The notes under the pieces were generated by a model that made no database searches, was not told the DNA's origin, and was given only the letters and a program-made list of their open reading frames with translations. A program made the position numbers and the translations under genes. Shown one piece after another: positions 19,008 to 28,592 of a stretch of 64,000 nucleotides of DNA (the first letter of the stretch is position 1; each line of letters opens with the position of its first letter). Source of the stretch: an uncultured Victivallis sp. (GTDB lineage Bacteria > Verrucomicrobiota > Lentisphaeria > Victivallales > GWF2-50-93); NCBI GenBank assembly GCA_964600895.1, contig CAZRKP010000002.1:78220-142219 (forward strand). Reading direction: 5' to 3'.

Positions 19008-20866
19008 TCCTTTTTCACCTCATATATCTGGAAATACTCATAATCCCATATCTTCCTAAGGTTTCCATCCGAGGAAAGAGAGCCAATAGATTCAGCAAAG
19101 TTCCTAGTCCTTTCAAGATATTGCGGGAGCCTGTCGGGATCGTTCTCTGAAAGTCCGACGAGGACGTGGGTGATTTTGTTCTCTCTGAGGACTTTCATTA
19201 TCTGAGATTTATCAACGGTCTGTTCCGGCGGGGTGAAGAATTTCTCCTGGAAGAAAGGAGTAGCTATCACTGCATTCCTCTTGAAGTAGAATCCGCGGTT
19301 TTCAAAGATCATCATAAGCCTGGCATCCTTGGGAAGCTTGGTATTGACTATCTGTACGGCCTGAAGATAGCCGGGCCCTGTAGAAGAATAGAGGTAGTCC
19401 TCCTGCTTCATTGAGCCCAATACGCTTTTCCACGAGTATATGCAGTCCTTTACGATATTTAAAGGGACTGAGAAGATTGACAGTATTATGATGCTTGCCA
19501 GGATCACAATTCTAGGTTGCATGGGGATGTATTTCAGGGAAAATTTTGATAGAAAGACCATCAGGAACAGGGCAGGTATGAGGAATCTGGACTGTTGGGA
19601 GGAGAAGAACCAGAAGGAATATAGGATTAGCACGAGCAGGAAGTATGGCTTCAGGTGGAGGGAATCATTTTTCATGGCCATGAGCAGGGAAACAACTGAA
19701 AGGAGCAGTATGAAAGAAAATTGCCAGCCGAAAGACCCGTCGAACAAATTGGAGCTGAAACAGAGGAGGATGGGTGCTGAGAAGAAACCGTAGATACCGT
19801 CTGTCCCATATTTCAAACTGCCTATTGCATGGTGATACCTGCTCATTTCCAATGAGGCGGGGTTGTCGGAGAAGAAATTCTGGAAGTATGGATACATAGG
19901 ATTTCCAGTTTCCAGATATGGCCTTATATAAAAAGCGGATGAGATGATGATAAAAGTCGCGGTGAATACAAGGATGATTTTTAGAAAAACAGCAGGCTTG
20001 GCATTTTTCAGTTGCATGAAAAGTATCAGAGAAGCACCGATGATTAGTCCTGTGAGTTTGACTGAAGCTGCAATGCCGGCGAAGAAACCAGTGAGGATGA
20101 GCATTAAAAGGGTAGGAGTCTTCATGAAGTTCTGTCTTGCTGTCAGGAGAATCGCTGCGAAATTCGCAAGGATGAAGAGTTCCACGTATGCAGAGCCTGC
20201 TGAGATCAGGACTGCTGAGCAGATTCCGAAAGAGAGGGTAAGAATTACCGAAGCTGGTCTTGTAAGTCCGGGCTTAAGCAGGGACTGGAGTGATAACATC
20301 GACAAACCCCAGAGAGAGAGGATGAATATCCTAGGGGCAGCAGTCCCTCCAAGAATCAGCATCAAATAAAAATTTATTGATGCTGCAGAGGGAAAACCTG
20401 AATAGGGAATGTCAGGAATGAAGCATATTCTTCCGTTCTGAATCCATTTTGCTGGAACAGTCAACTGATAGGTGAGTTCATCCCAGCTGGTCGGGCTGGC
20501 AAGACTTCTACCGAGGATCAGGAGTCCCGGAAGAAGTATCAGCAGAATGGGGAGGAAGCGATATGCCTTGAGGAATGATTTCCTCTGTTTTGAGAAATAA
20601 GTTGCAAGACCCGAGCACATCAACGCAAAGAACACCATGAAAAATATAAATCTGATATTCAACCTGCTAATAAGACCGGACCAACCGAGGAGAAAGACTA
20701 TCACAGTCAGGATATCCATCCCTAAAACTGTCTTGACCGGAAATGAGCAGCGGAAACAGGTGTTTTTAAGGATCAGAGAGCCTATGTAATATGAAATGAC
20801 AAGATATACGCCTGTGGAAACAAGTGCCATTGCAATATCCGGACTGTTGAAGAGAGGAGCGTTCAT
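18998..20866 (-). CDS. polytopic membrane protein, GT-C-fold glycosyltransferase candidate (unclassified)
   Basis: It has at least 12 predicted TM helices, an acidic WDELTYQ motif in the first external loop, and a soluble ~150 aa C-terminal domain. It overlaps the next gene by 4 nt and the gatB 3' end by 10 nt (convergent). Confidence 0.5.
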   Translation of the reverse strand: MNAPLFNSPDIAMALVSTGVYLVISYYIGSLILKNTCFRCSFPVKTVLGMDILTVIVFLLGWSGLISRLNIRFIFFMVFFALMCSGLATYFSKQRKSFLKAYRFLPILLILLPGLLILGRSLASPTSWDELTYQLTVPAKWIQNGRICFIPDIPYSGFPSAASINFYLMLILGGTAAPRIFILSLWGLSMLSLQSLLKPGLTRPASVILTLSFGICSAVLISAGSAYVELFILANFAAILLTARQNFMKTPTLLMLILTGFFAGIAASVKLTGLIIGASLILFMQLKNAKPAVFLKIILVFTATFIIISSAFYIRPYLETGNPMYPYFQNFFSDNPASLEMSRYHHAIGSLKYGTDGIYGFFSAPILLCFSSNLFDGSFGWQFSFILLLSVVSLLMAMKNDSLHLKPYFLLVLILYSFWFFSSQQSRFLIPALFLMVFLSKFSLKYIPMQPRIVILASIIILSIFSVPLNIVKDCIYSWKSVLGSMKQEDYLYSSTGPGYLQAVQIVNTKLPKDARLMMIFENRGFYFKRNAVIATPFFQEKFFTPPEQTVDKSQIMKVLRENKITHVLVGLSENDPDRLPQYLERTRNFAESIGSLSSDGNLRKIWDYEYFQIYEVKKDQH

Positions 20867-22680
20867 TTTTTATTGTCAAGTTCCCTTAGTTCAACGAATT
20901 TATTCTCATAATATGGATTCTTGAGGATTTCAGGTATGTGTTTTTCTGTCAGCCCCATGTGCTTAAGTGCATTCATGAGCCTTAAAGTGGAGAATTCGGC
21001 ATTATTTGTTAGCCCGAGCTCCTTTTCAAGAGATATCTGCATGCAGAGAGATATGACAGATATGGGGAAGCATGTGGTGTCCTTCCTCATATATGAAAGT
21101 GCTTCCTCCTTCCTTCCCAGGGCCAGCAGGCATTCGGCTATATGCCTGTTGCTGTGTGCAATCTGCGGCAGGACGGAATCTTCCATTTTTCTGAAGAAAT
21201 ACAGGGACATTACTGGATCCCTGAAGAAGGAAGTTGAAATAACGGCACAATGGAAATAAGAAGCCGGAACTCTGTCTGTCTCTGACGCCATCTGGCTGAA
21301 CTTGAGAGCCCTTGAAGGGTTCTTCTGCGAATAAAGTGAAATGTCAGAATTGCGCAGGGCGTTTGAAGTGGAAAGACTGGCCATGACAAACAGCACTGCT
21401 TGGACAGCGAGAAAGATAGCGGTGATTGGTATTAAGACATATTTGACGGGGTCGTTCCTGTTCTGTATGTCAGTGGATTGTTCCAGAGGCCAGAATTCAT
21501 TCCAAATGAATCCAAGAAGGATACAAGCTATAAGATTGGTAGGCCATTGGAAAAGGACAAGGTCGAACATGGAATGAAGGATAAGGATTGAGAAGGATAA
21601 AATAATCAATCTCATTTTAAGATCAAGGTCTCTGAATCTTCTGTAAAGTCCAAAGACAGGATAGAGCCAAAGAAAGAGCCAGGCTGCTGCGCCAAGGATT
21701 CCGAAGCCGGCAAGGATGTAAAGGAACTCATTGTGCGGGTGGAGTGTCCTGAAGGCGAAATGGTGTTCCTTGATGAAATAGTCAATTGGTCGGTATGGGG
21801 CGTAGGCGCTTTCGAAGGATGGAAGGCTGACTCCGGCAAAGGGGTGTTCCAGGAAAAGGCTTACGGTGCTATGCCATAGGGAGAATCGAACATCTTTGAA
21901 AATTATATTGGCGACCTTTTCCCCATTGAACATCGCAACTGCCAGAAGTATGACAGCTCCGTATACTATTGCCCTGGCCAGCAATTTGTTTTTCAGAGAA
22001 GGGAAATAAATAGAGAGGGTGATAATGAGTACTATTGCAAGGGATAGCCAGGCACCTCGTGAATTGCAGAGGAAGACGAAATAGAGCGAAATCAGCACGA
22101 TCAGCGAGGAGGGAATGAATTGGATAAAAGGCTTCAACCTGTTTTTTGATATTTCATATGCAATATAAGCTGGGAATGGGACTGTAGCCAGTATCAGGGA
22201 TGCGTTCCAGTTGGTGTTTCCTGGAAGTCCGAGGCATTCTCCATTCCTGATGAATATCTGCCATATGCAATGAAGGATGTTGATTATCCAGACAATAGAA
22301 AGGAAGTGGATTATAAGGGGTTTTGAGGAATTTGAACAGAGGCTGATAGCCAATGGCAGGACCGCGAAGGCGATTGATGCATAGAAGAGACCCGCCGAAT
22401 ATCCGTTGATCTGTAGAAGATGTATTGATTCGATAAGGATTATTGCCAATATGGATAGTCCAGCCAAAGGATAAAGTTTTACAAATCCGGATAGCATTTC
22501 TCTTTTAGTCAATATTATAAGCAGGGAGACACAAGCGATTGTACTGGTGCTGAAGAGGCATATATATGAGGAATAAAGGAATTTGCCTGGAACCAGGAGC
22601 ACAATGGGATATGCGAATAGGACCAGTAGGCAGATGACACCGGCAAGCAAGGCGTTGGTTGACAGATGTCTGCTACTCAT
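20863..22680 (-). CDS. O-antigen ligase family (Wzy_C domain) membrane protein with C-terminal helical-repeat region
   Basis: Motifs NSRGAWLSL, RFSLW and HPHNEFLYILAGFGILG are typical of WaaL/PglL/PilO Wzy_C domains. The ~180 aa C-terminal region is TPR-like. Confidence 0.7.
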   Translation of the reverse strand: MSSRHLSTNALLAGVICLLVLFAYPIVLLVPGKFLYSSYICLFSTSTIACVSLLIILTKREMLSGFVKLYPLAGLSILAIILIESIHLLQINGYSAGLFYASIAFAVLPLAISLCSNSSKPLIIHFLSIVWIINILHCIWQIFIRNGECLGLPGNTNWNASLILATVPFPAYIAYEISKNRLKPFIQFIPSSLIVLISLYFVFLCNSRGAWLSLAIVLIITLSIYFPSLKNKLLARAIVYGAVILLAVAMFNGEKVANIIFKDVRFSLWHSTVSLFLEHPFAGVSLPSFESAYAPYRPIDYFIKEHHFAFRTLHPHNEFLYILAGFGILGAAAWLFLWLYPVFGLYRRFRDLDLKMRLIILSFSILILHSMFDLVLFQWPTNLIACILLGFIWNEFWPLEQSTDIQNRNDPVKYVLIPITAIFLAVQAVLFVMASLSTSNALRNSDISLYSQKNPSRALKFSQMASETDRVPASYFHCAVISTSFFRDPVMSLYFFRKMEDSVLPQIAHSNRHIAECLLALGRKEEALSYMRKDTTCFPISVISLCMQISLEKELGLTNNAEFSTLRLMNALKHMGLTEKHIPEILKNPYYENKFVELRELDNKK

Positions 22681-22743
22681 GTGATTCCTAAAAAGGATTC
22701 AAAATTTAATGATTCCTGTAAGGAAAGATACAACATTAAAGGC

Positions 22744-22776
22744 AAAAAAAAAGAGGGAGTTTTTCAACTCCCTCTT
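22744..22776 (-). terminator. rho-independent terminator of the pilin-like gene
   Basis: The minus strand reads gagggagt-tgaaaa-actccctc followed by a T9 run. Confidence 0.8.
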
Positions 22777-22804
22777 TAAGGGTCAAATCAAGTATGACCT
22801 GTTA

Positions 22805-23308
22805 TTACCAGGTGAATCCTGAACTTCCAACGTTACCATTGCTCCAGGTCGCTCCGGCGAAACCGGCGGCATGACCGTCGCAGAAGAGAACGTTACCATA
22901 CTTGGTATGGTTGCTGGGTCTGTCAATAGCAACAGCACTGTCAACCGATGTCGACTCATTGAGACCGCTGGCGTAGCTATATGATACGCTGGCGCCCGTA
23001 AGATCGTAGTTATCAGTGATCATGTCTGTTGTTGAAGGGCAATTGTACATTTTGACGTTTTCGAGATATCCGCCTGAACGCAGCATCTCAAATCCAGTTC
23101 TGCCACTAAAGCAGGGGAACCTTTCCTTGTACTCCTGAGAGTACATACGGATAGCAAGACCGATCTGCTTCAGATTGCTGGTACAGCTGATACGGCGAGC
23201 TTTTTCACGAGCTTGACTGAGAGCCGGAAGTAGCATTCCAGCCAGGATGGCTATGATCGCGATAACGACCAGCAGCTCAATCAGGGTGAATCCACGACTT
23301 TTCTTCAT
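22805..23308 (-). CDS. prepilin-type N-terminal cleavage/methylation domain protein, H-X9-DG (DUF1559-like) family
   Basis: The N-terminus is [30 protein letters not shown]. The C-terminal [13 protein letters not shown] matches H-X9-DG. Confidence 0.9.
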   Translation of the reverse strand: MKKSRGFTLIELLVVIAIIAILAGMLLPALSQAREKARRISCTSNLKQIGLAIRMYSQEYKERFPCFSGRTGFEMLRSGGYLENVKMYNCPSTTDMITDNYDLTGASVSYSYASGLNESTSVDSAVAIDRPSNHTKYGNVLFCDGHAAGFAGATWSNGNVGSSGFTW

Positions 23309-23496
23309 TTTCTTTACTCCTTTTTTAACTTTTTGACCCTTTTATTTCTTTTACTACGGAAACAATTGTATCAAAAAACAATTTAAAAAGCAATAGGGAA
23401 ACTGGGGATATTTCATTTTTTTTCATTATTTTTTTGATATGCCTTCCTCAAATTCATTTATTGGGTTGTATTTAGATTATAACAGTCTTATGGTAA

Positions 23497-25962
23497 ATGA
23501 ATTATATCATAAAAAATACATGGAGGGCTTTCTTCTTGCATAAGTTCTTGAAAATAAGCAAGAAAACATATAAAGCACTGCTTTTTATCCTGATATTTAT
23601 CATTTGTCTGATACTATTTGGAAAACTTCTGACAGGAAATACTGTTTATTCATCAGATATCCTTGCATATCAACTACCTGAGAAATATTTAATTAGAGAA
23701 TCTTTAATTAAAGGATATATACCCTTTCTAAATCCATTTATTTTATCAGGAACTTTGTTTTATTCCAATATTGATGCCGGAGTCATGAATCTGATGAATG
23801 TATTGTTACTCCTTGGTAATCAATTGAATGGGTTTAATTTGTTTATCTTTGTCCATTATTTTATAGCAATGCTGGCAATGTATTTTTTTCTCAGTAAGGG
23901 CTTAAGATATAATAAATGGATTGGATTGACTGGAGCTGTCGCATATGCCTCAGGATATCTTTGGAGCATGTCAGGTGTCGGTTTTTTTAGGTGTGGATAT
24001 CTTGTACCTCTCTTTTTTCTATCAATAATCAAGTATTTAGAATCTCTGGATGGAGATAACAAGGGATATTATAGGCGTATCGCCTTGCTGGCAAGCATGA
24101 TATCTTTATCCATGTTATTCTACTGTGGCAATTTTTTGGAAGCATACTTTTCAGTAATTTTTGCAGGAATATTGATTATTTTCCAGTTTTATCATCTATT
24201 CATAAAGGGAAAGATTAATGATGTTCGTATCTTATTGACTGATGGTGTTTTAGTATTGTTGATGGCATTTTTACTGGCGGCCCCCATACTTTTACCTGTA
24301 ATTTCTGCTTCACTTAGCTCTTACAGGAACTCAGGGATTCCGATTGTTGAGGCTCAACAATGGTCATTTCCTCCAATTCGGATAATTGAATATCTTGTTC
24401 CATTCTTTTACGGTGCCAGACATCTTGATGGGATATGGTATGGTGGCGTATATAATGTTGAGGAGACCTTTTCAAAGACCGGGCTTTCACCTTGGGCGGA
24501 TTTTATTTATGTCGGCATTCCTTTGCTGCTAGGATTTTACATCTTCTTACGTTCAAGAGATAAGGATTGGAAGGATAAATTCATAGTCTTTGCACTAATA
24601 TTTGCTTTTTTGCTGGCTTTAGGGAAGTTCATTCCGCTCTATAGATGCTTATACTATTGTTTGCCCGGTTTCAAGATGTTCAGGCATCCTGAAAAATTTC
24701 TTTTCTGGGTTAATTTCTGGCTGATCATAGGTGGATGTGCTGGCTTGAAGCTGATTATTTCAGATCGCGAGCGGGTATTGCTCCAGCTCTCCTTTTTGCT
24801 CAAGGTTCTTGCAGCAATACTTGGCTGCCTGCTCATTTGCCTTCTCTATCTGTTCCTATTCAAACAGGAGGCATTTGTAGCCTATATCCAGACAAGGGGT
24901 TCAATGCAGAACGGAGATGAAATTTTCCTCTGGGAAGGATTTGCGTTGGGACTTTCCCTGATTACAATTCTGAGCTTGCTGTCAATCATTTACTTCCTGA
25001 GGGATTTTCCATTACGCCTGCTTTTTGCATTTTTTATAGTTACCATAGTTAATTTCGCCATATGGCATCATGTGATAAGATGGACAATCCCTTCAAAGGA
25101 CCTTTTGAAAGTGGAAACCTGGGATGAAAATCTTCCAAGTTTTGATAAAAAGATATGGAGGATCTTCTCTACCGGAAAATTCCTATATCCGGTCAAAATT
25201 GACGACCCTTCTTCCATGGACGCCTTCCTTATAAGGAAACTTATGGAATATTCTACCCTCGACTGCAATACTCCAACTATTAAGCAGATACGGACAGTTT
25301 CTGGTTTCACTCCTGTTATGGATAAAAAATATGTTCAATATATGAATTTTGACAAGCATGATCCGGAGCGTGTTCTTGATCTGCTATCTGTCAGATATAT
25401 TGCAATCCATATGATTCCAGAGAGTTCATTGCCAGCGGGGACGCATATTATATGGAAAGATGAAGGGGGTGAATTTGTAATTTTGGAAAATACTGATGCT
25501 TTGCCTAGAATAGGAACTTATTCAGAATTTATTAAATCTGAAAAGAAAGATTCAGACATTCAAGTATTTGCCCCAAAAAGAAATATTCATTCCTGCTTCG
25601 TTCTCGAAGAACTGCCTTCTAATTATGATAATTCCATAAAAATTTCAGGGAATTCAATGGCGGAAATCTTTGATGAAAATACTAACCAGATTAAGGTAAA
25701 AGTCCAAAAAGGCCCATGCTGGGTGGTTGTAAGGGATTGGTTTAATCCCGGTTGGACCTGCCGGAGTGCTGATAAGAATCTGCCAATTGTCAAGGCTGAT
25801 GGTGGGCTCATGGCGGTATTCTGCAGTTCAAATGAAGCTGTCCTGGAATTCGAGTATTTCCCTCCAGGCTTGAAGCTTGGGCTCATCCTGATGTCAGTTG
25901 GGCTTGTCATGCTTCTTGCTTATTTCTTCTGGAGCATGCGCAAGCATGATTCAAAGATCTGA
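23497..25962 (+). CDS. very large polytopic membrane protein, YfhO-like GT-C glycosyltransferase candidate
   Basis: Length is 821 aa, with more than 12 TM helices, a ~280 aa extracytoplasmic C-terminal domain and a final TM. This size and topology fit YfhO. The gene is markedly AT-rich. The family call is by resemblance only. Confidence 0.4.
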   Translation: MNYIIKNTWRAFFLHKFLKISKKTYKALLFILIFIICLILFGKLLTGNTVYSSDILAYQLPEKYLIRESLIKGYIPFLNPFILSGTLFYSNIDAGVMNLMNVLLLLGNQLNGFNLFIFVHYFIAMLAMYFFLSKGLRYNKWIGLTGAVAYASGYLWSMSGVGFFRCGYLVPLFFLSIIKYLESLDGDNKGYYRRIALLASMISLSMLFYCGNFLEAYFSVIFAGILIIFQFYHLFIKGKINDVRILLTDGVLVLLMAFLLAAPILLPVISASLSSYRNSGIPIVEAQQWSFPPIRIIEYLVPFFYGARHLDGIWYGGVYNVEETFSKTGLSPWADFIYVGIPLLLGFYIFLRSRDKDWKDKFIVFALIFAFLLALGKFIPLYRCLYYCLPGFKMFRHPEKFLFWVNFWLIIGGCAGLKLIISDRERVLLQLSFLLKVLAAILGCLLICLLYLFLFKQEAFVAYIQTRGSMQNGDEIFLWEGFALGLSLITILSLLSIIYFLRDFPLRLLFAFFIVTIVNFAIWHHVIRWTIPSKDLLKVETWDENLPSFDKKIWRIFSTGKFLYPVKIDDPSSMDAFLIRKLMEYSTLDCNTPTIKQIRTVSGFTPVMDKKYVQYMNFDKHDPERVLDLLSVRYIAIHMIPESSLPAGTHIIWKDEGGEFVILENTDALPRIGTYSEFIKSEKKDSDIQVFAPKRNIHSCFVLEELPSNYDNSIKISGNSMAEIFDENTNQIKVKVQKGPCWVVVRDWFNPGWTCRSADKNLPIVKADGGLMAVFCSSNEAVLEFEYFPPGLKLGLILMSVGLVMLLAYFFWSMRKHDSKI

Positions 25963-25964
25963 AG

Positions 25965-27599
25965 TTATTTCTTATCCAGTGCTCCAAGCATTTCTGTAGC
26001 TGCCTTAAGTGAAGGTTCCTTGAGCAGCATAATCCTGAGGATTTCACGAGCCTCGTCGACTCTCCCGGTATTTGCCAGAACGATCGCGAGATTGATCTCC
26101 GCCTGTTGATTTTTGGGATTTAGCGAAAGGGCCTTCTTGAAATCCCTCTCTGCTTCATTATTCATGTCAAGACGGGTGAAGTAAGTGCCCCTTCTCAAAT
26201 ATAATGAAGAATCATCCGGCAGGATCTGGATTGCCTTGTCGCTTGCGGCCAGGGCATTGATGTATTGTCCAGACTCCTCGAACTGCACCGCAAGGTTTCC
26301 CCAGGTCTTGACGCTCATTGGAGATGTCTTTATTCCTGCAAGCGCCAAACTCATCCTGTCATGCCAATCGTAGCATCTCATGTTAGTGCGGAATGCAAAA
26401 GCTCCTACTATCAGCACTATCAGCAAAATCGTCGACATGCGAGGCAGCTTGCGTGTTAATATGACAATTGCCAGAGAAGCAAACGTGCAAGACCAGACTG
26501 TTGGCAGATAGAAAAGCCTTTCAGCGAATATTGTGCCCGCTGGAATGATGAAGTTTCCGGCAGGTATTACACATAGTGCATAGGCTAGCGTGAGGAAGAT
26601 TATGATCCTCCGTTTTTTGGGATATAGCATTCCAAGCAGAAGCGGGATTCCTGCGAATACCAGCAGAGTGAGCATGGCATAAGGATCGAATATGCTCCTT
26701 GAAGGAAGTATTTGTGCATATGAATAATCATGCGAAAGTGTGGCCGGCCATACAGATTTCCAGATAGCCATTCCTTGGATCCTTACGGCGCTTACTACAC
26801 GTTCTGGAAAAGGACACAGTGCCAGCTGGTTGTCAATGATGGCTTCATTGATGTCTTTTCCAGGGAAAACCGAATGAAGGGCGGAATATCTGGACAGACA
26901 GAAAATTCCAAAGAAAACAAGATATGTTGAATATTTTATCAGCATTGTCTTCCGGCTCGAGTTCTTGAAGACTATGTCGTAAAGGAGGCAAACCGGGATG
27001 AATGCGATCGCATGTTCCTTGGACCATAGGGAAAGCAGGAAGAAAAAGCCGGGCAGAACATAGGTTTTAAATACACTGCCCCTGCTGATATGCAGGAGGA
27101 ATGCCAGCAGGAAGAAGAAAGCACAGAGCAGTTCGGCTCTTCCAAAAGCTGGAACCACGGCCTCGGAGTGTAGCGGATGAACGGCGTATAAGAGGGCAGC
27201 GAGGGCACCATAAATCCTTCCAGGGATGATCTTGCTTGCAACGACATATAACAGGCATGATACTGCAATATGAAGAAGAAGGTTTACTATCCTGAATGAT
27301 GAGGAATCCATTCCGGAGGCTTTGGCGTTGAGCCAGTAGGAGAAGGTTGTCATCGGCCTGTATAGCCCACCACGTCCATCGGCCCAGAATCCACGGTCCC
27401 AGCACTTCAGTGGATTCGACTCGGACATGTAGAAGTTGTCGTTCTTAATAAGGACATTGTCGTCAAAAACAAAGTTTCCGTTCAATCCTCTGAAATATGA
27501 AAGCGCAGACAGGAGGAGGATAAGCGGTAATATGTTCCTTAGGATATTCCTGAGGATATTCCTGCCGGAGGATCCTGGGAAAGGATCGAGCTTGATCAT
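25965..27599 (-). CDS. TMTC/DUF1736-like membrane glycosyltransferase candidate with C-terminal TPR repeats (paralogue 1)
   Basis: Motifs are FVFDDNVL, LYRPMTTFSYWLN, HPLHSEAV and WSKEHAI, followed by TPR repeats. The ATG at 27599 overlaps the mtnP stop (ATGA). The track start at 27707 would run 112 nt into mtnP. Confidence 0.7.
   Translation of the reverse strand: MIKLDPFPGSSGRNILRNILRNILPLILLLSALSYFRGLNGNFVFDDNVLIKNDNFYMSESNPLKCWDRGFWADGRGGLYRPMTTFSYWLNAKASGMDSSSFRIVNLLLHIAVSCLLYVVASKIIPGRIYGALAALLYAVHPLHSEAVVPAFGRAELLCAFFFLLAFLLHISRGSVFKTYVLPGFFFLLSLWSKEHAIAFIPVCLLYDIVFKNSSRKTMLIKYSTYLVFFGIFCLSRYSALHSVFPGKDINEAIIDNQLALCPFPERVVSAVRIQGMAIWKSVWPATLSHDYSYAQILPSRSIFDPYAMLTLLVFAGIPLLLGMLYPKKRRIIIFLTLAYALCVIPAGNFIIPAGTIFAERLFYLPTVWSCTFASLAIVILTRKLPRMSTILLIVLIVGAFAFRTNMRCYDWHDRMSLALAGIKTSPMSVKTWGNLAVQFEESGQYINALAASDKAIQILPDDSSLYLRRGTYFTRLDMNNEAERDFKKALSLNPKNQQAEINLAIVLANTGRVDEAREILRIMLLKEPSLKAATEMLGALDKK
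27529..27564. repeat. 12-bp tandem repeat x3 (two perfect units and one degenerate) encoding RNIL-RNIL-RNIL
   Basis: The sequence reads aatatgttcctt aggatattcctg aggatattcctg. It lies within the N-terminal cytoplasmic tail of paralogue 1. Confidence 0.9.
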
Positions 27600-28489
27600 G
27601 ACTTCAGATATTTCCCTATTATCGGCGCAAGATCTGATTTGATCTTCTGTGGGATCATGTCCCTGTTGGTTATGATTGCCGATGCCAGAGCAGAACCGCA
27701 CTGGCATTTGCCCTTCAGCATCCCAGTAAGTTCAGGAATCCTGAGGATGATCTTCTTGGCGATGCTTGAATTTGCGATCAGGTTCTGGATGATCATGTCA
27801 ACGGTCACATGGTCATGATCCGGATGCCAGCAGTCGTAGTCGGTTACCATCGCGAGTGTGCAGTAACATATCTCCGCTTCCCGTGACAGCTTTGCCTCGC
27901 CAAGGTTTGTCATTCCGATAACATCCATTCCCCATTTCCTGTAAGTCTCGGATTCAGCCTTCGTGGAGAATGCGGGACCCTCCATGTTCAGATATATGCC
28001 TCCCTTGTGGACCTTCGGAGAATTCTTTTTCGAGCCATGGATCTCCTTGACGGAAAGTGATGCTGCCTTGTGTGCAAGCTCAAGAAGCTCCGGGCATACC
28101 GGATGGCCCATTGAGATGTGGGCGGCTATGCCACTGCCGAAGAATGTATGCTCGAGTCCCTTCTTTGTCCTGTCGAAATACTGGTCGACAACGACAATGT
28201 CGCGTGGCCTGTACTTGTTCTTCAGGCTTCCGACCGCGGAAATGCTTATGATGTGAGTGACACCGAGTTTCTTCATGGCGAAGATATTCGCCCGGTGGTT
28301 GAGTTCTCCAGGAAGGATCTTATGGCCCTTGGCGTGCCTTGGAAGGAATACGAAATCGAGTCCGCCAATTGTTCCCGTAGTGAACGTGTCTGATGGCGCA
28401 CCGAATGGAGTTACAACAGAGACCTCCTTCAGATCAGCTATGTTTCCCGCATCATAGACACCGCTTCCGCCAATTATTCCGAGTTTCAT
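27596..28489 (-). CDS. mtnP: S-methyl-5'-thioadenosine phosphorylase
   Basis: MKLGIIGGSGVYD at the N-terminus and PNP/MTAP family motifs throughout. Length is 297 aa. Confidence 0.85.
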   Translation of the reverse strand: MKLGIIGGSGVYDAGNIADLKEVSVVTPFGAPSDTFTTGTIGGLDFVFLPRHAKGHKILPGELNHRANIFAMKKLGVTHIISISAVGSLKNKYRPRDIVVVDQYFDRTKKGLEHTFFGSGIAAHISMGHPVCPELLELAHKAASLSVKEIHGSKKNSPKVHKGGIYLNMEGPAFSTKAESETYRKWGMDVIGMTNLGEAKLSREAEICYCTLAMVTDYDCWHPDHDHVTVDMIIQNLIANSSIAKKIILRIPELTGMLKGKCQCGSALASAIITNRDMIPQKIKSDLAPIIGKYLKS

Positions 28490-28592
28490 ATTATATCCTT
28501 TTTTTAATGCGCTTTGGAATTCGAAGTGGTTATTCTATCCCCCAAATGTATATTCTTCAAACATCACTGGCAATCTATGGGGAACTTGAATT

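Noticed and set aside
27600-27707. The N-terminal extension of ORF 25965..27707 (MPVRFCSGIGNHNQQ...) overlaps mtnP by 112 nt.
   Set aside because: The internal ATG at 27599 gives a classic ATGA stop/start overlap with mtnP. It is followed directly by the cytoplasmic tail and first TM helix, as in the paralogues. The extension has no homology among the paralogues.
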